Assembly: GCF_006345805.1 (NCBI RefSeq)
Contig: NC_043006.1
Location: forward strand, 52,390,001-52,454,000
Source of the DNA: Octopus sinensis
Taxonomy: Eukaryota
Direction: 5' to 3'
DNA length: 64,000 bases
The notes beneath the pieces were generated by a model. It did not search any database and was not told the DNA's origin. It saw only the letters and a program-made list of their open reading frames with translations. Positions 43,229 to 55,877 of the stretch are shown piece after piece (within the stretch, counting starts at the first letter, position 1; every line of letters begins with the position of its first letter). Position numbers and translations under genes: made by a program.

Positions 43229-44446
43229 CTTCACAGTAGTTTCCTTTAAAGCCAAATGGGCATCGGCAACGTAATTGGTTGGCAGTTTGGATGCAGGTTC
43301 CTCCGTTAGAACAAGGGCGAGACGGACAATAGGTTGAACCACTTTCATTACAAAACTTGCCAGACCATCCACTAACACAAGTACAAGTGAATCCATTTGG
43401 TCCAAACATGCTACACTGGCCGTTGTTTTGGCAAGGATTTGGAGTGCATGGATTGGTTTGACTGCCGCATCTCTGTCCAGTCCAGCCTTGTGGACAATAA
43501 CAAGTAAAGCTGTTGCCCGTAGGATAGCACTGTCCACCGTTCAAACAGGGGTTATTCGAACAAGGCGTAGTGGTACTCCCACAGTTTTTACCACTCCATC
43601 CTTGGCGACACGCACAAATGTAGTCAAAATCATTTTGTACAATACATTGGCCATTATTCAAACATGGCTTTGAAGCACAAGGATCTCTTCTCGAACAATC
43701 TCGACCACCAAATCCGGGAGGACAGTCGCATATTCTTGTGTTTACATTACAAGTTCCTCCATTTTGACATTTTGGATAGCACAGACTTGAGAACTGGCAC
43801 CTATCTCCGTAAAAGCCATTTATACATGCGCAAGTGATTTGATCGTTTACCAGCTGACATCTTCCACCATTTTGACAGATATTTGGATTTAACGCGCAAT
43901 CATCTCTTCTTGAACAATCTGGGCCAACGAATCCATGAGGGCAGTTGCACATTCTTGTGTTAGTGTTACAAATTCCTCCATTTTGACATGGTGGATAACA
44001 CTGAATCGGCACCTGGCATCTATTACCTTGAAATCCATTGAGACATATGCAAGAAACTTGATTGTTTACAAGCTGACATGTTCCACCATTTTGACAGATA
44101 TTTGGTGCGCAAAATGGTTGTTCACATCGTAGTCCTGTGAATCCAACAGGGCAACGACAAGTGAATTGAACTCCATTTGGATAGCATGTTCCACCATTTT
44201 GACACGGTGAAGATTGACAGGAATTAATGGGATTTTCACATCGTGGACCAGTAAATCCAGATGGGCAATTACATTTCGCAACAAAGTTAGTTGTAGTACA
44301 TCGGCCACCATTTAGGCAAGTCACTGAGCGACATTTATCTTCAATTTGACAACGAGGACCGTAAAAGTTAGAAAGACATTGGCACACAAATGATGTACCT
44401 GCATTCGAACATTGACCACCGTTCATACAAGGTGCCGACAAACATG
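43229..44446 (-). CDS. Copy B exon 8, 11 tandem EGF repeats in one exon
   Basis: Lies inside the 471-aa ORF. CTTTCAG acceptor at 44447-48 (an in-frame alternative AG is 9 nt upstream) and GAAG|GTAAGC donor. 1218 nt, phase 1-1, 11 six-Cys EGF units counted. Confidence 0.95.
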
Positions 44447-44683
44447 CTGAAAGGACTAGATTCAAAATGAAATAAATAAGATATATTAACAGAATAAATC
44501 CACATGATTTGCTATCTAATAAGACACTATTCGCTAAATCCATAAATAATATATCAAAATACAAACACAGAAAAGATTCAGCTTTGTTGTGTGTGTGTTT
44601 CATTTTGTTCTAAATTACAACTTGGTTGCAATGCTAGCACATTTAAGACATCTTATAACTATATCTAAGATAGACCTGTTTAA

Positions 44684-44988
44684 TACATGCGCGGACAAGA
44701 TGCCGAATGCACTTTTGCCGAAGGACAAGAATCCGAAGCCAAGAATGCCGAATGGATATAAAACCGAACGGACAGAATAATAATAATAAAAAAACAACAG
44801 AAAACATTTCTGCCTACGTAGTTTACTGACCAATTCACCAATTTGGCATTTAAGATTTAACGAGATTAAATTTTAATTTTCGTATGTCTTTTCGACATCT
44901 TGTCCGTTCGGCTTTATGTCCGTTCGGCATTGTGTCCGTTCGGCTTCTTGTATTTCAGCAAAACTGCATGCGGCATCTCGTACGTGTA
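44684..44988. mobile_element. MITE with 15-bp subterminal repeats and 8-bp TSD (hAT-like)
   Basis: CTGTTTAA direct repeats at 44676-44683 and 44989-44996, inverted ends TACA(T/C)G..., and GCCGAACGGACA-type repeats on both arms. Confidence 0.7.
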
Positions 44989-46065
44989 CTGTTTAATACA
45001 GTATTATATTTGTTGAGTAACACTCATTATCTGATCAGTGCAATTGATGTATAATTACTAGTTTAGCCTACAGGTCGTCTAGAAAACGTAAAAATTATTC
45101 TCAAATAGAAATATAGTTAAGATCAAAACAATTGAAAATAGAAATAAAGTTTTATTAAGTAAACGACTGCCAGATAACTTAAGAGTGATTATATTTTCTT
45201 TATTGTCTTAAACATGTTTTAGCTATGGCAAACTGTTAGAAAGTGAGAAATGTATTTCACTTCGCTTGAATGATTTTTGTGTTTTACTTTCCTAAATATT
45301 TCTTATACTACGTAATCCCAATGCTGAAGTTAATATACGATATGCTATTCAATGTAATTGCGAATATAGGTTTTACTAGCTGGTAGAATGTTGGTTATGT
45401 GAGATCCAGATATCACTCAGTATGGAATGTCTCTCCCATATCTATGTTGGTACATGTTTAATCTCTGACTTTATTGGATGCAAATAGATGTATTCCACAT
45501 TATTAGTAATCTTCAAAACTAACCGCTGCTTAGTCCCTTTGTAGCTGAAATAATTAAATTCTTAACTTGTTTACGTGTTCCACTCCAACGTCCGCTTCTA
45601 CTTCTTAAACCCGTTCTACATACTGCAAACAGTCATTGTAAGGACCATTGTCTCACTAATGCTAAAGTCTCTATATTAGCAACATCCTTTATCTTCTAAT
45701 CAGAGAAGACCATATCGCTTACAGACTTCGTCTTCCAACAAAATAGAGAGACAGGTCACACATTTTTAGGTGGTTTTATATTTGAAGAAGAAAATGATTT
45801 CAGTAGAAGATATTTTAAAAAGTCTAACATATTTCCAATTTGAAATTGAAAGAAATTTATTTAGTAAATTAATAAATCGTTTTAAAACTGCGAAAATAAT
45901 TTATATTCTTTTCTACTCTAGGCATATATCTTCAGAGACCGTTGGTATTTCTCAGTTTACCGTGGAACTTGATGACTAAATTGTTTGCAATGCTTACATT
46001 TGCTGATATGTTTGCATTAGTTTATTATAGTGATGAAAATTCAAATAGAAATTCATGATTCTTAC

Positions 46066-46185
46066 CATTCTCGCATTTGGATCCCGTATAACCATATGCA
46101 CATCTGCAGGAATAGCCATTAATTCCGTCAACGCACGTACCTCCATTTAAACAAGGTGATGACGCCCGGTTGCAGTCGTCGATGC
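46066..46185 (-). CDS. Copy B exon 7, calcium-binding-type EGF repeat 2
   Basis: (G)[39 protein letters not shown]. Phase 1-1, ATG|GTAAGA donor. Confidence 0.93.
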
Positions 46186-46876
46186 CTAAAATAAATCAAT
46201 ATTAACCCATTCTTTCACTTCGTTAATCTTTGCTTTGAAAACTCATTCCAGTTTAGAACACCAGAGATATTGCAATATCATGGATATTTAATAGTTTGTT
46301 TCTTTTAGGAAGTATTATTAATACCTTGTCGAAGCAGTTAAATTTAACCTGCTTAAATAACAACAAATTGTTCGACAGTTAAATGCATATCTACTTTTAA
46401 ATTTGTACTTCCATTTATTTTAACGTTTTAATTATCCACTCATATCTACATGTTAGTATTCAAAATAGAACTAGACATTAACTTTCAACTTGAGTAATAA
46501 ATTAACAACTCATCTATGATAAGCTTTTGAACTTTCACTTAGAACGAATTATTATTGTCCAGTTAAAGAAATGACCAAATGACCATTACCTGGAATATCT
46601 TTGAGGAGATAAATAACACCCCAGCAGGTAGAATACATGTAGAACCAGACGGCATGTAATATTAAATATCTAATGTATTTAGAAGTGCAATTCTGAACGT
46701 ACATAAGGTAAAGATGTTCAAGTTAAAAAGAGTTTATTCTATGAAATGGATTTAATCAACAACATCGTTATAGCTAAAATAAAATAGACATTGATAATTT
46801 CGCGAGGGTTAGAATTAAAAAGTGTCACGAATTCCTACAAATAAAGTTTACAAGTTAACAGAAAAAAAGTTAATAC

Positions 46877-46987
46877 CTTTAATACAATGTTGTCCTGTGT
46901 ATAACGGTTTGCAGATGCATCTAAACGTAGAGCCCATTGAGACACAAGTCCCACTGTTTTTACACGGAGCGCTGCGGCATGGATCAG
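46877..46987 (-). CDS. Copy B exon 6, EGF repeat 1
   Basis: (A)DPCRSAPCKNSGTCVSMGSTFRCICKPLYTGQHCIK. Phase 1-1, TTTTCAG acceptor, AAG|GTATTA donor. Confidence 0.92.
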
Positions 46988-47667
46988 CTGAAAAAAGTTG
47001 TCGATACATGTCTTTTACTCACATATTTACTTTCTATTTATTTAAATTATGAAATTCGGTACGAATGAAAATGAATCAACTACATTAATTACAGCAATGT
47101 ATTTACAATCTCACAAAAGCAAAATTATTTCAGGGATTTATCTGCTTTCTATTGAACTGAGCTGTTGCGAATAGAGTCGACACCGTGTCAGTCCACAAAG
47201 ATATTCAACACTCATCCATTTATATGCTTCGCTATAAATGGGTAATATGTTGCGGTGTAGTTTTCTGCTTTAATCGCAGGAGCCCTGTATAGCGAGGAAT
47301 GTTCTGTTTGCTTGCAATTGTGTGTGTCTGTCGTGACTACAGCTCAGAGAATGTCTTTTTAAAACAGGAATTAATCCATCCTTGATGATTGCAGCAGTCA
47401 TGAATAATTAAGATATTTATGGGAGTAAAAAATTGATTGGATGACTGATTTTCGATGACTCAGTTTAAGATCACCGGGAATCTAAAGTGTTAGTGAGCAA
47501 AATCAAGATAATCGAAGTACTAGCGAACCGCAAAGAAAATTCAAGGCCGAAATTGTTTTAGGAAGAAATTGGTCCACGTTTTATTGGACCCAGGAAGCTA
47601 AAGGGAAAACTGTTCCAGGCGTGATTTGAATTCATGATGTAAAGAGACATAAATAATAAACACGTAC

Positions 47668-47812
47668 CATCGGCATTGCAGAATGGACCAGTGAAACCAG
47701 GCTTGCAGACTTTTTGACCGTTAGCATCACACTGAAACCTCGTTTGCTCGCTGATGGGAATATCACACCTGATGGCACAGTTTGGACCATAATAGCCTTG
47801 GGTACAATAACT
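47668..47812 (-). CDS. Copy B exon 5, DSL domain
   Basis: SYCTQGYYGPNCAIRCDIPISEQTRFQCDANGQKVCKPGFTGPFCNAD, with the six-Cys DSL pattern C..YYG..C...C...CD..G.K.C..G.G..C. Confidence 0.93.
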
Positions 47813-47964
47813 CTGAAATAAAACAACAACAAAGACATTCTAAGACTTTAGAAAATTGAACGATTAAAGATGATTTCCGATATTTTGATCACAAACAGAC
47901 TGTTTTAAAAGTATAAACGTTTGTAGCTTTGGTGTACGGATTTTAATAATTGGTAAGGTATAAG

Positions 47965-48095
47965 GTGGCGAGCTGGCAGAATCGTTAGCACGCTGGACGA
48001 AATGCTGAGCGGTAATTCGCCCATTTCTACGTTCTGAGTTAAAATTCCGCCGAGGTCGACTTTGCCTTTCATCCATTCGAGGTCGATAAATTCAG
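47965..48095 (+). mobile_element. tRNA-derived SINE (partial orthologue at about 1083-1150)
   Basis: GGCGAGCTGGCAGAATCGTTAGC...GAGTTAAAATTCCGCC...GAGGTCGATAAATT. Confidence 0.7.
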
Positions 48096-49074
48096 TATCA
48101 TTTATTTTCACAGAAGTATACCGCAATATTTACATAATAACCCAATGGCTTGCCGGTTGTTGACTGTGGTGTACTTAGAAGCAAATGCATTTAATAGTTA
48201 CATTAATAGCAGAAACTACCAGCTTCACGTGAGAGGCGAGAGAAATACTCTGTTCATTATAGTCGACGATTTCTTTAACCCAGGGTTCAGTTGCAACCAA
48301 GAGAACATTTATATTTCAAGGCATGTTCTCTGTGCATCATATGTATGGCTTTGTCTTGTTTTGTCTAAGTGTTGGCTGGTTACTTATTTGTGTGGCGAGA
48401 GGTGAAGATATTGCGATTATGCTACGTGTTTTGAAGAATGCATTGCAGACCAAGAGATTCTTTTAAACACAGGCAGAGAAGGGACAAAGAATCATGTGTC
48501 CATTCATCTTCTCGGATCTTCTCGAAGCTCTGCACTGATGCTTGCCCGCCTTGTTTCTTAATTAACCTAATGTTAAAAAGGCAACAAATAGAACATGATA
48601 GAATATTCTACAATATGGGGTGATATTTCTGCAAGCTGACTTGTTGCTATTTATGGCACGTCGCTGATCTAAGTGTGGTCTGATATTAGTTACTAAAGCG
48701 GTAAGGTTTTAATTGTAGGTTTCGCTGCGCGTTTATAGTATCATTCTCGCGTTTCTAAAGAAGTTGAATATACATTTTTAATGTTAGATCGAACATGAAA
48801 ATAAGGCCAGTTATTTTCACTACCACCTGAATATCAGCTATTGTATAATACAGTACGCTCATGACCTAGAATACATATGTACACAGAGAAGAAATGGAAG
48901 AGCTGTGATTACTTGTCAAAGATTTTTTACCATGGATATTTGTGCTGTTCGCTCAGAGCAATGGGCTACTGCAGCATCACATATCAGAATGAGAAAAGCT
49001 CAAATCAGTTAAGATGTGTGGCGTAGAATAATACCTAGATATTCCTGGCCAAAAATGATAGTTAAAGTACTTAC

Positions 49075-49242
49075 TCGAATTTGGTAGGTCAGTTGAGTAG
49101 TAGGATTCTGACTACCACGAGTTGTTACTTGTTCATACCTGGCTTCAGCGATGCTTCTCTGAGGCAAATGACTACCACTTTTGTAAACGTATTCGGATAT
49201 TAATTCGTTGTTGCTTTTTGCAGTAAACGAAACAGCGAATTT
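49075..49242 (-). CDS. Copy B exon 4, MNNL/C2 part 3
   Basis: KFAVSFTAKSNNELISEYVYKSGSHLPQRSIAEARYEQVTTRGSQNPTTQLTYQIR. 168 nt, phase 0-0. It ends in the L.Y..R motif that precedes DSL domains. Confidence 0.9.
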
Positions 49243-49569
49243 CTGAAAACAGAGGTTTGAAGGTATATATTATTGGAAATATGTACAACCAGATAGAACA
49301 ATGAAATTATAAACGAGAACACACACACACGCGCACGCACGCATACACACGCACACACGCACGCATACACATACGCACACACGCACGCACCCATACACAT
49401 ACGCACACACGAACATGTCATACTTTCTGTCTCTCTATCTATCACTCTTTCTTTCTCTCACACACAAACAAACAGTTGTGAGTTCGCTTAGGCTATTCAA
49501 TATATGTATTAATAAACGTCGTGATTATTGAAAATATCATATATAATCATGTATATCTTTACATATGTA

Positions 49570-50720
49570 GGGAACTCTACTGAGCTTTCTCTGTTATAGT
49601 AAGTACATATGAACGTAGCCGGTAACAGCTAGCCTTTGGGCGGTGTTTTGGACCCAGTTGTATCTACTACTCCAATTGGTTAATATTGGCGCTATTTGTC
49701 TCATACTCTATCGTGTTCCAGTATGCAACCCAACTACAATCTGCAAATATGCCATGTGAGGCAGCCACCCCGTCATGTATAAAATCTCACCTCTTCCTGG
49801 GCTCGGCGCCAGTTGGTTCCAGACTTGGTTGTTGCAATCATTTTATTCTAGGGCGACTTGTAAACCGCAAGGCTAGGTTTTGAATTTGTTGCCTGTTCGC
49901 AGGGTTTGTTTATTATATTTGCTGTGGTTTCCCGTAAGGGAAACGTTGTTGAACATTGTGTATTGAAAAAAAAAAAACACTGTGAAACTGTTATCCTCCC
50001 CTAAAGGGAAAGATTTGTGAACTTTTTTAATAGTGTTTTCTGTGCGTTTTGAACTGTATTCCTGTGTCGGAACATTTTCAAGTGGATTATAAGTGGATAA
50101 ATCAGTGTATTGGCTATAGAATAACCTTCTTTAGCACTTAATTATAAGATGTTTTATACTTCAACCGTAAAGGTTTTTTTAATATACTGCCACGCTTTTT
50201 GATGGAATCCTTTTCTGTAGAAAAAGGGACTTCATCCTATATTGTTATATATATATAATATGTCTTCGATTGAAGAAAAAAGTTTTGCGTCCGTTGTTGG
50301 AGGACTTTAAATTATATCCTCCTAAAAGGAAGACATAGAATCATTCTTCGGAATGATTACGAAGGAAAACGGGGAGAGGAAAATTGATCCCCCAAACGAA
50401 GTAATAAACAAGACCAAAGAAAGGACAATTATCTACAAAACTTATGATGTTATTAACAAGAAATTAGAACAATTTGAGTAAAGCACAATCGAAAAAAGCC
50501 TCGGACCAGTGATGAAACAAATCAAATATATGGCCCGGGGCACAAGGTTCGCTACGATAGAAGCAAGGTTCGAGTCAGCAGAGAAGGTTCGAGACTTTTC
50601 GTGTCGAACCTTGCAAAATGACTATATGGCTCTTCTGCCGTTATATCTGGGACATAGAACGTCCCGGATGAGAATTAAAAATTATTCTACCGGAGTTGAA
50701 GGTCGCAAAGATGTCTGCAC
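49570..50720 (+). mobile_element. Copy-B-specific insertion, possibly a LINE 5' UTR/ORF1 remnant
   Basis: Absent from copy A. Contains a decayed reading frame (...ARFESAEKVRDFSCRTLQNDYMALLPLYLGHRTSRMRIK). The family assignment is only an impression. Confidence 0.35.
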
Positions 50721-50780
50721 AGTTCTCTAGTATTGTTAGCACGAGAACCTCATAGCATCGTTCTAGGGACATGCTATCTA

Positions 50781-51030
50781 TTGGGTTGGTGCATAATTAT
50801 TACGGCTGTTTTTCAACATATTTTATTCAACAAAAACAATAACAATATTTAACTAAAACATCTTTAAATGACGGTCTGATCGTCTGCCAAGCAAATCGAA
50901 AGCAGTAATTGAAGTAGCTGGTGAATATGCACCGGAATAATCATTGAAAGATGTTTTTGTTATATGCTTTTATTATTTTTGATGAACTGACTTTGTTGAA
51001 AAAAGCCCCAATAATTATGCACCAACCCAA
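50781..51030 (+). mobile_element. Tc1/mariner MITE
   Basis: TIRs TTGGGTTGGTGCATAATTATT, TA duplication at 50779-80 and 51031-32, and the empty site TGCTATCTATCTAT in copy A (about 2881-2893). Confidence 0.88.
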
Positions 51031-51330
51031 TATCTACAATATCTTTTGGATCAGAAGTCGATAAATCTCAAGATCCAATTATGTCTTCCAGGCATTTTTT
51101 TTGTACATTAATAATCTACTTCCAGTCAGTTAATGCAACACATAATCAGTGAGTAGATTGTAGGTTCATAAGAATGTATGTGTGTGTGTGTGTGTGTCTA
51201 TTTTTTAATACACATGTATATATATATATATGATTAAACTAAATACAGTAAGTTTCTAGTTTATAATGCCTATGTTGTGGAAAGTAAACACCTGTAGATA
51301 AAACAGTATAATCTTCGTATACAAAATAAA

Positions 51331-51339
<9 letters not shown>

Positions 51340-51361
<22 letters not shown>

Positions 51362-51372
51362 TAATAATGAGG

Positions 51373-51445
<73 letters not shown>

Positions 51446-51480
51446 TAATAATAATGATAATAATGATAATAATAATAATG

Positions 51481-51545
<65 letters not shown>
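51340..51545. repeat. Long (ATA)n microsatellite; other long (TA)n, (CA)n, (TATC)n and (ATGT)n tracts occur throughout, e.g. 10790-10900, 35185-35270, 59755-59840, 60210-60330
   Basis: Directly visible. These tracts explain most poly-I/Y/V/C ORFs in the track. Confidence 0.95.
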
Positions 51546-51546
<1 letters not shown>

Positions 51547-52032
51547 GAGAGATATCTCAGACATTTTCAAGACAGGTCATTCGTCCTTCAAAGGATAAAA
51601 CTTCTTCACAATTTAGCACATAAAGAACACTTGATAGCAATACGTATTTAAATCAGTAACAAACGAAAAAGACCTAGTTAAAATGGTTAGACTGATTAGT
51701 ATATATTATGTGGCAACGTTATTCAATACGTAATGAATACTTTATTCACAAGCATATACTGGAAAATCTAGGATAAATTTAATGTAGTCATCCAATAATT
51801 CATAACACCACCCTTGGAAATTTAATAAATGTAAATGCATCATGCCATTTTTTGGAAGTCAGGAAAATATTATTCTGGTATATTTCGTAGCATGATTTAA
51901 ATTGGGATTGCTATCCAGTTATCTTCACAAGAAGACAGAGAGGAAAACATCTTCTTGTCACGTAGCAATGAAACTAACAATCTTAAGAAATTATATTTTA
52001 AGAAACATCTTTTTCCAAAACCAAACACTTAC

Positions 52033-52115
52033 CTGGAAGGGCTGTCTAATCAGGTACGTGATCGGATTACGTGCTGTACCGATAAATGCCTTATTTAAAT
52101 CAATGACATTATCAC
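52033..52115 (-). CDS. Copy B exon 3, MNNL/C2 part 2
   Basis: (G)DNVIDLNKAFIGTARNPITYLIRQPFQ, resembling the Delta G.N.F......NPI..PF.F segment. TTTTAG acceptor, CAG|GTAAGT donor. Confidence 0.9.
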
Positions 52116-52897
52116 CTAAAATCAATTTGGAAAAAAATGAAACAGAAATTATATTGGGATACGAGAGTGAAAATTTACAGATACACATACACAAGTATAC
52201 ATATAATACAACCTTTCAATTCTCCCTAACCTCCAGTATAAAGATGTTATATACACATAATGTAGACATTTTATCAGGCCAGACTGTTTCAACTGTCACC
52301 ATATGTACTGTCTGCACAAACTCCAAATTACACTGTCTCTATGTATAGAGACTTAATGTTATCTTTAGTGATGTTTTGTGAATTGAGTCTCTTTCTAATA
52401 CAAAGTCATTATAATAAGAAAAATATTACCCTTGTCTGTACGTCCGTACTAATTACGCTAGATTATAAACATTCCACCGTATGTGGAAATTTCTCTGGAT
52501 ATGTGTAATGTTTACTCATCTAGATGGAGTATTGATATTTCGTGTTATATGTAGAAGCGACGCATATTACCAGGATTTTCCAACAAGTGTCGAATAGAAT
52601 AAAACCATCTAAATCCGTGTTAGAGCACCCGTAAAAATAAGGTCTGGCTAGCTTGTTCTGGCATGAAGTCGTATAATGTAAAATAATGAAATTAAAGCAA
52701 GTAATGATACTTTTAATGCATTTAATACCCACGTTTCAGCTCGTGGCGCAATAAATAAAAAAAATCTCGTCTCTTACGCAAGATCTTCCTCAGTTAAGAC
52801 ATTTCAAAATATGAATACATTGATGGTTTTCGCCATGCATATAGGGTCAACGAAATATATACATACATTCATATATACATACATATATGGAGAGGGA

Positions 52898-52939
<42 letters not shown>

Positions 52940-53237
52940 ATTATGAAACTCCACTTTTTCGGTATTAGGTTTCTACTATTCTTATATTCTTCTTTCTAGC
53001 ATCAGCTCTAAGTAATCGCTTACCTCATCACTGCTACTACCATCACTGATGATATATTGAGCACTTTCTTTCATAATTAGTAGTATATTATATGATTTTA
53101 GTTCCTCTTAAGTGAACCAGTTTCACCCTCATTTGTAATTCACAATTTATGTCGATATGAAATATTGCGTACTATATACATGTTTAATGTAGAACCGATC
53201 GCTAAGTAATAAACTCACTTGCACACGGTTAACCTCA

Positions 53238-53344
<107 letters not shown>

Positions 53345-53519
53345 CTAATTATGAAAATAAGGGCTCAATATATCATCAGTGATGGCAGTAACAGTGATGA
53401 AGCAAGCGATTACTTACAGCTGATGCTACAAAAAAGGAAGTAAGAATAGTAGAAACATGATATAATATAATATAATATAATATAATATAATATAATATAA
53501 TATAATATAATATAATATA

Positions 53520-53557
<38 letters not shown>

Positions 53558-53735
53558 GTATGTATGTATGTAACTGGAACAAAAACGCAAGAGAGGGCAT
53601 TAAAACGTTCGGACAGATGAGCAATACAAAGGCGGACAAGAGAAACAACAATTAGAAGGACAGGCAAAAAAAGACGGAGCGCTTTTGGCTTTCTTTCATC
53701 AGTCAAGTCCCAGAAGTCACGACCATTTCGGGCAG

Positions 53736-53794
<59 letters not shown>

Positions 53795-54048
53795 CAATCA
53801 TGTGGATAAGCAAATTAGATACGAATATATTAAAAATGTTAAATACATCAAATACAACATATGTGCAGTTTATATGTATACATGCAAAATGAGAGAAAGC
53901 AAAGCTTGAAGAAACTTTCTGATGATGAATTTATATATATATATATATATATATGTATAGTCAATCCAAAACATGAAAACGCAACAGCACGAGGAAGTGG
54001 AACAAGTATAGTATTAGTGGACGCTCAGGAAAGAAGGAAAGAAGGAGG

Positions 54049-54083
54049 GTTTAACGTTTCGAGCGGAGCTCTTCGTCAGAAAC
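54049..54083 (-). ncRNA. Minimal hammerhead motif (sense to the copy B pre-mRNA, intron 2)
   Basis: GUUU-CUGACGA-A-GAGC UCC GCUC-GAAAC-GUU^AAAC. It has an extra A after the core and a loopless stem III, so it would need to act as a dimer. Confidence 0.55.
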
Positions 54084-54183
54084 ATAGGAAAAGGAAAGAT
54101 CCAAAGAACGGAAGACGGAGGAAAAAAATCGCCAACGGTACACACGTGGTCAGACACTACACACACAGACACACAGACACACA

Positions 54184-54243
<60 letters not shown>

Positions 54244-54667
54244 CATATAATAAATATATACATATACAGTAAATATACATAAAATGAATAAAATCATAAG
54301 CGAGAAAACTCTATGGCGTCTGTTATAATGGTCTATACTTATAATATATAAAAATTACAAAAGAGATATGAAAGGATGGAAAAAATTTTATGTAGATATA
54401 AATATGAGATATAAATCGATACAGTGAAGGAAGAAACTATATCTATATTCCTAGGTGTTATAACGAAATTTAGAAGAACACAATGACTAATCAATCGGGA
54501 ATCGGTGGAATCTTCCAAGTTTTAAAGATATATTTAAACATGTGTTTACATCTACAAAAAATATCTAGCCTCGAGTTCAATATCGAGTTAGGAATCTCAA
54601 TCTAAATAAAATCTGCGGCCTTTCGGCCAAGGAAGGCGTACATCTGGTGGATCAATTTATGTATGGT

Positions 54668-54930
54668 TTACTCTGTTCTATTTTTCTCCATTTCATCACG
54701 TGGTACATTTTTCTCTTTCATTGCCCCAAAATGACTCACAAATTTTGTGGGTTTGGTTTTCTCATTGAGGCGGAATGATGTCATGTGGTTGGCGTAGCGG
54801 TTTTTAAAAATTCCTTCACATAATCCGATGTATCCTCTTTTATCGGCTGTGACACAACAGATAAAAAACATGCATCGGATTATGTGAGGGCATTTTTAAA
54901 AAACGCTACGCCAACCACATGGCATCATTC
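54668..54930 (-). mobile_element. PLE GIY-YIG fragment with a local inversion
   Basis: YIGLCEGIFKNRYANHMTSFR...PTK on minus, with an inverted copy at about 54871-54930. Confidence 0.75.
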
Positions 54931-55295
54931 TACTCCCTTAGTAGCCTGAACATTAACCCACCCCACTCTTCTTGAGCTATTGTTTCTCCTCTCATCATTC
55001 CCTATCTCAAAACCTCCATGCCTCGCCCCTAATATACTTATCTTTCCACATCCAATCATTCCATCTTTGAACTTCTCTGCATTAAGATAAAAAATCTAAG
55101 ATCTCTAACCTGCGGACGGAGTCTCCTCTCATACTATGGTAAATACATCCATACGGTCACATATTGCGATGAAGTAAATCTACCAACATTATTATGGATC
55201 GGCCAGTCACCAGAAACAGCTGTTGGACTTATAATACCATCCTCCACCCTTTTTTTCTCTCTTGTTTGTACTCTATGTAAGTGTGATATATTAAT

Positions 55296-55385
<90 letters not shown>

Positions 55386-55687
55386 GCACACATAGACACC
55401 TATATATATATACACATATATGTATATATACATATATGCATATTTTGTATCTGATGTATCTAATTGTTTATTTGTATAATTGCTTCTATGCCTGCTCAAC
55501 ATGATCCCGCTTATTGCTTTTCTTTACCTTGTGGAATTATTTCCTGAAAAGATATCGAAGTCTAAGTTCGAATCTTTAGAGCGCTACTAAGTGTCTTCTA
55601 TACGGAATATATATATATACAAACACACATATAGAGATAAATATGAATATACGCTCGATCTATGTTTATTGATAAACATGTACTTAC

Positions 55688-55877
55688 CGATAACTCCTGT
55701 TTTAGTGTCGCCATAACTACACAATGTCGAAGTATCATCAGGTTTAGCACAAACATGAAGTGTTGTTTGACATCGTTGACTTCCGAAATTGGAGCATGTG
55801 CGCCCATTAGCCAGTAAACGGTTGTAATTTTCAAACTTGATAAACTTCACATCAATTACATAGTCGGCTACAATTGG
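55688..55877 (-). CDS. Copy B exon 2, Notch-ligand N-terminal (MNNL/C2) domain part 1
   Basis: PIVADYVIDVKFIKFENYNRLLANGRTCSNFGSQRCQTTLHVCAKPDDTSTLCSYGDTKTGVI(G). It follows the Delta pattern L..F.N..G.L..G.CC...C.T.F.VC...C.YG...T.V.G. TTTACAG acceptor, G|GTAAGT donor. Confidence 0.92.

Noticed and set aside
44447-44603. N-terminal hydrophobic stretch of the 471-aa ORF (FILLIYLIYFILNLVL) as a signal peptide or TM of a single-exon gene
   Set aside because: It is the AT-rich polypyrimidine tract of the intron acceptor. The real signal peptide exon is at 60778-60834, and the upstream exons splice in phase.
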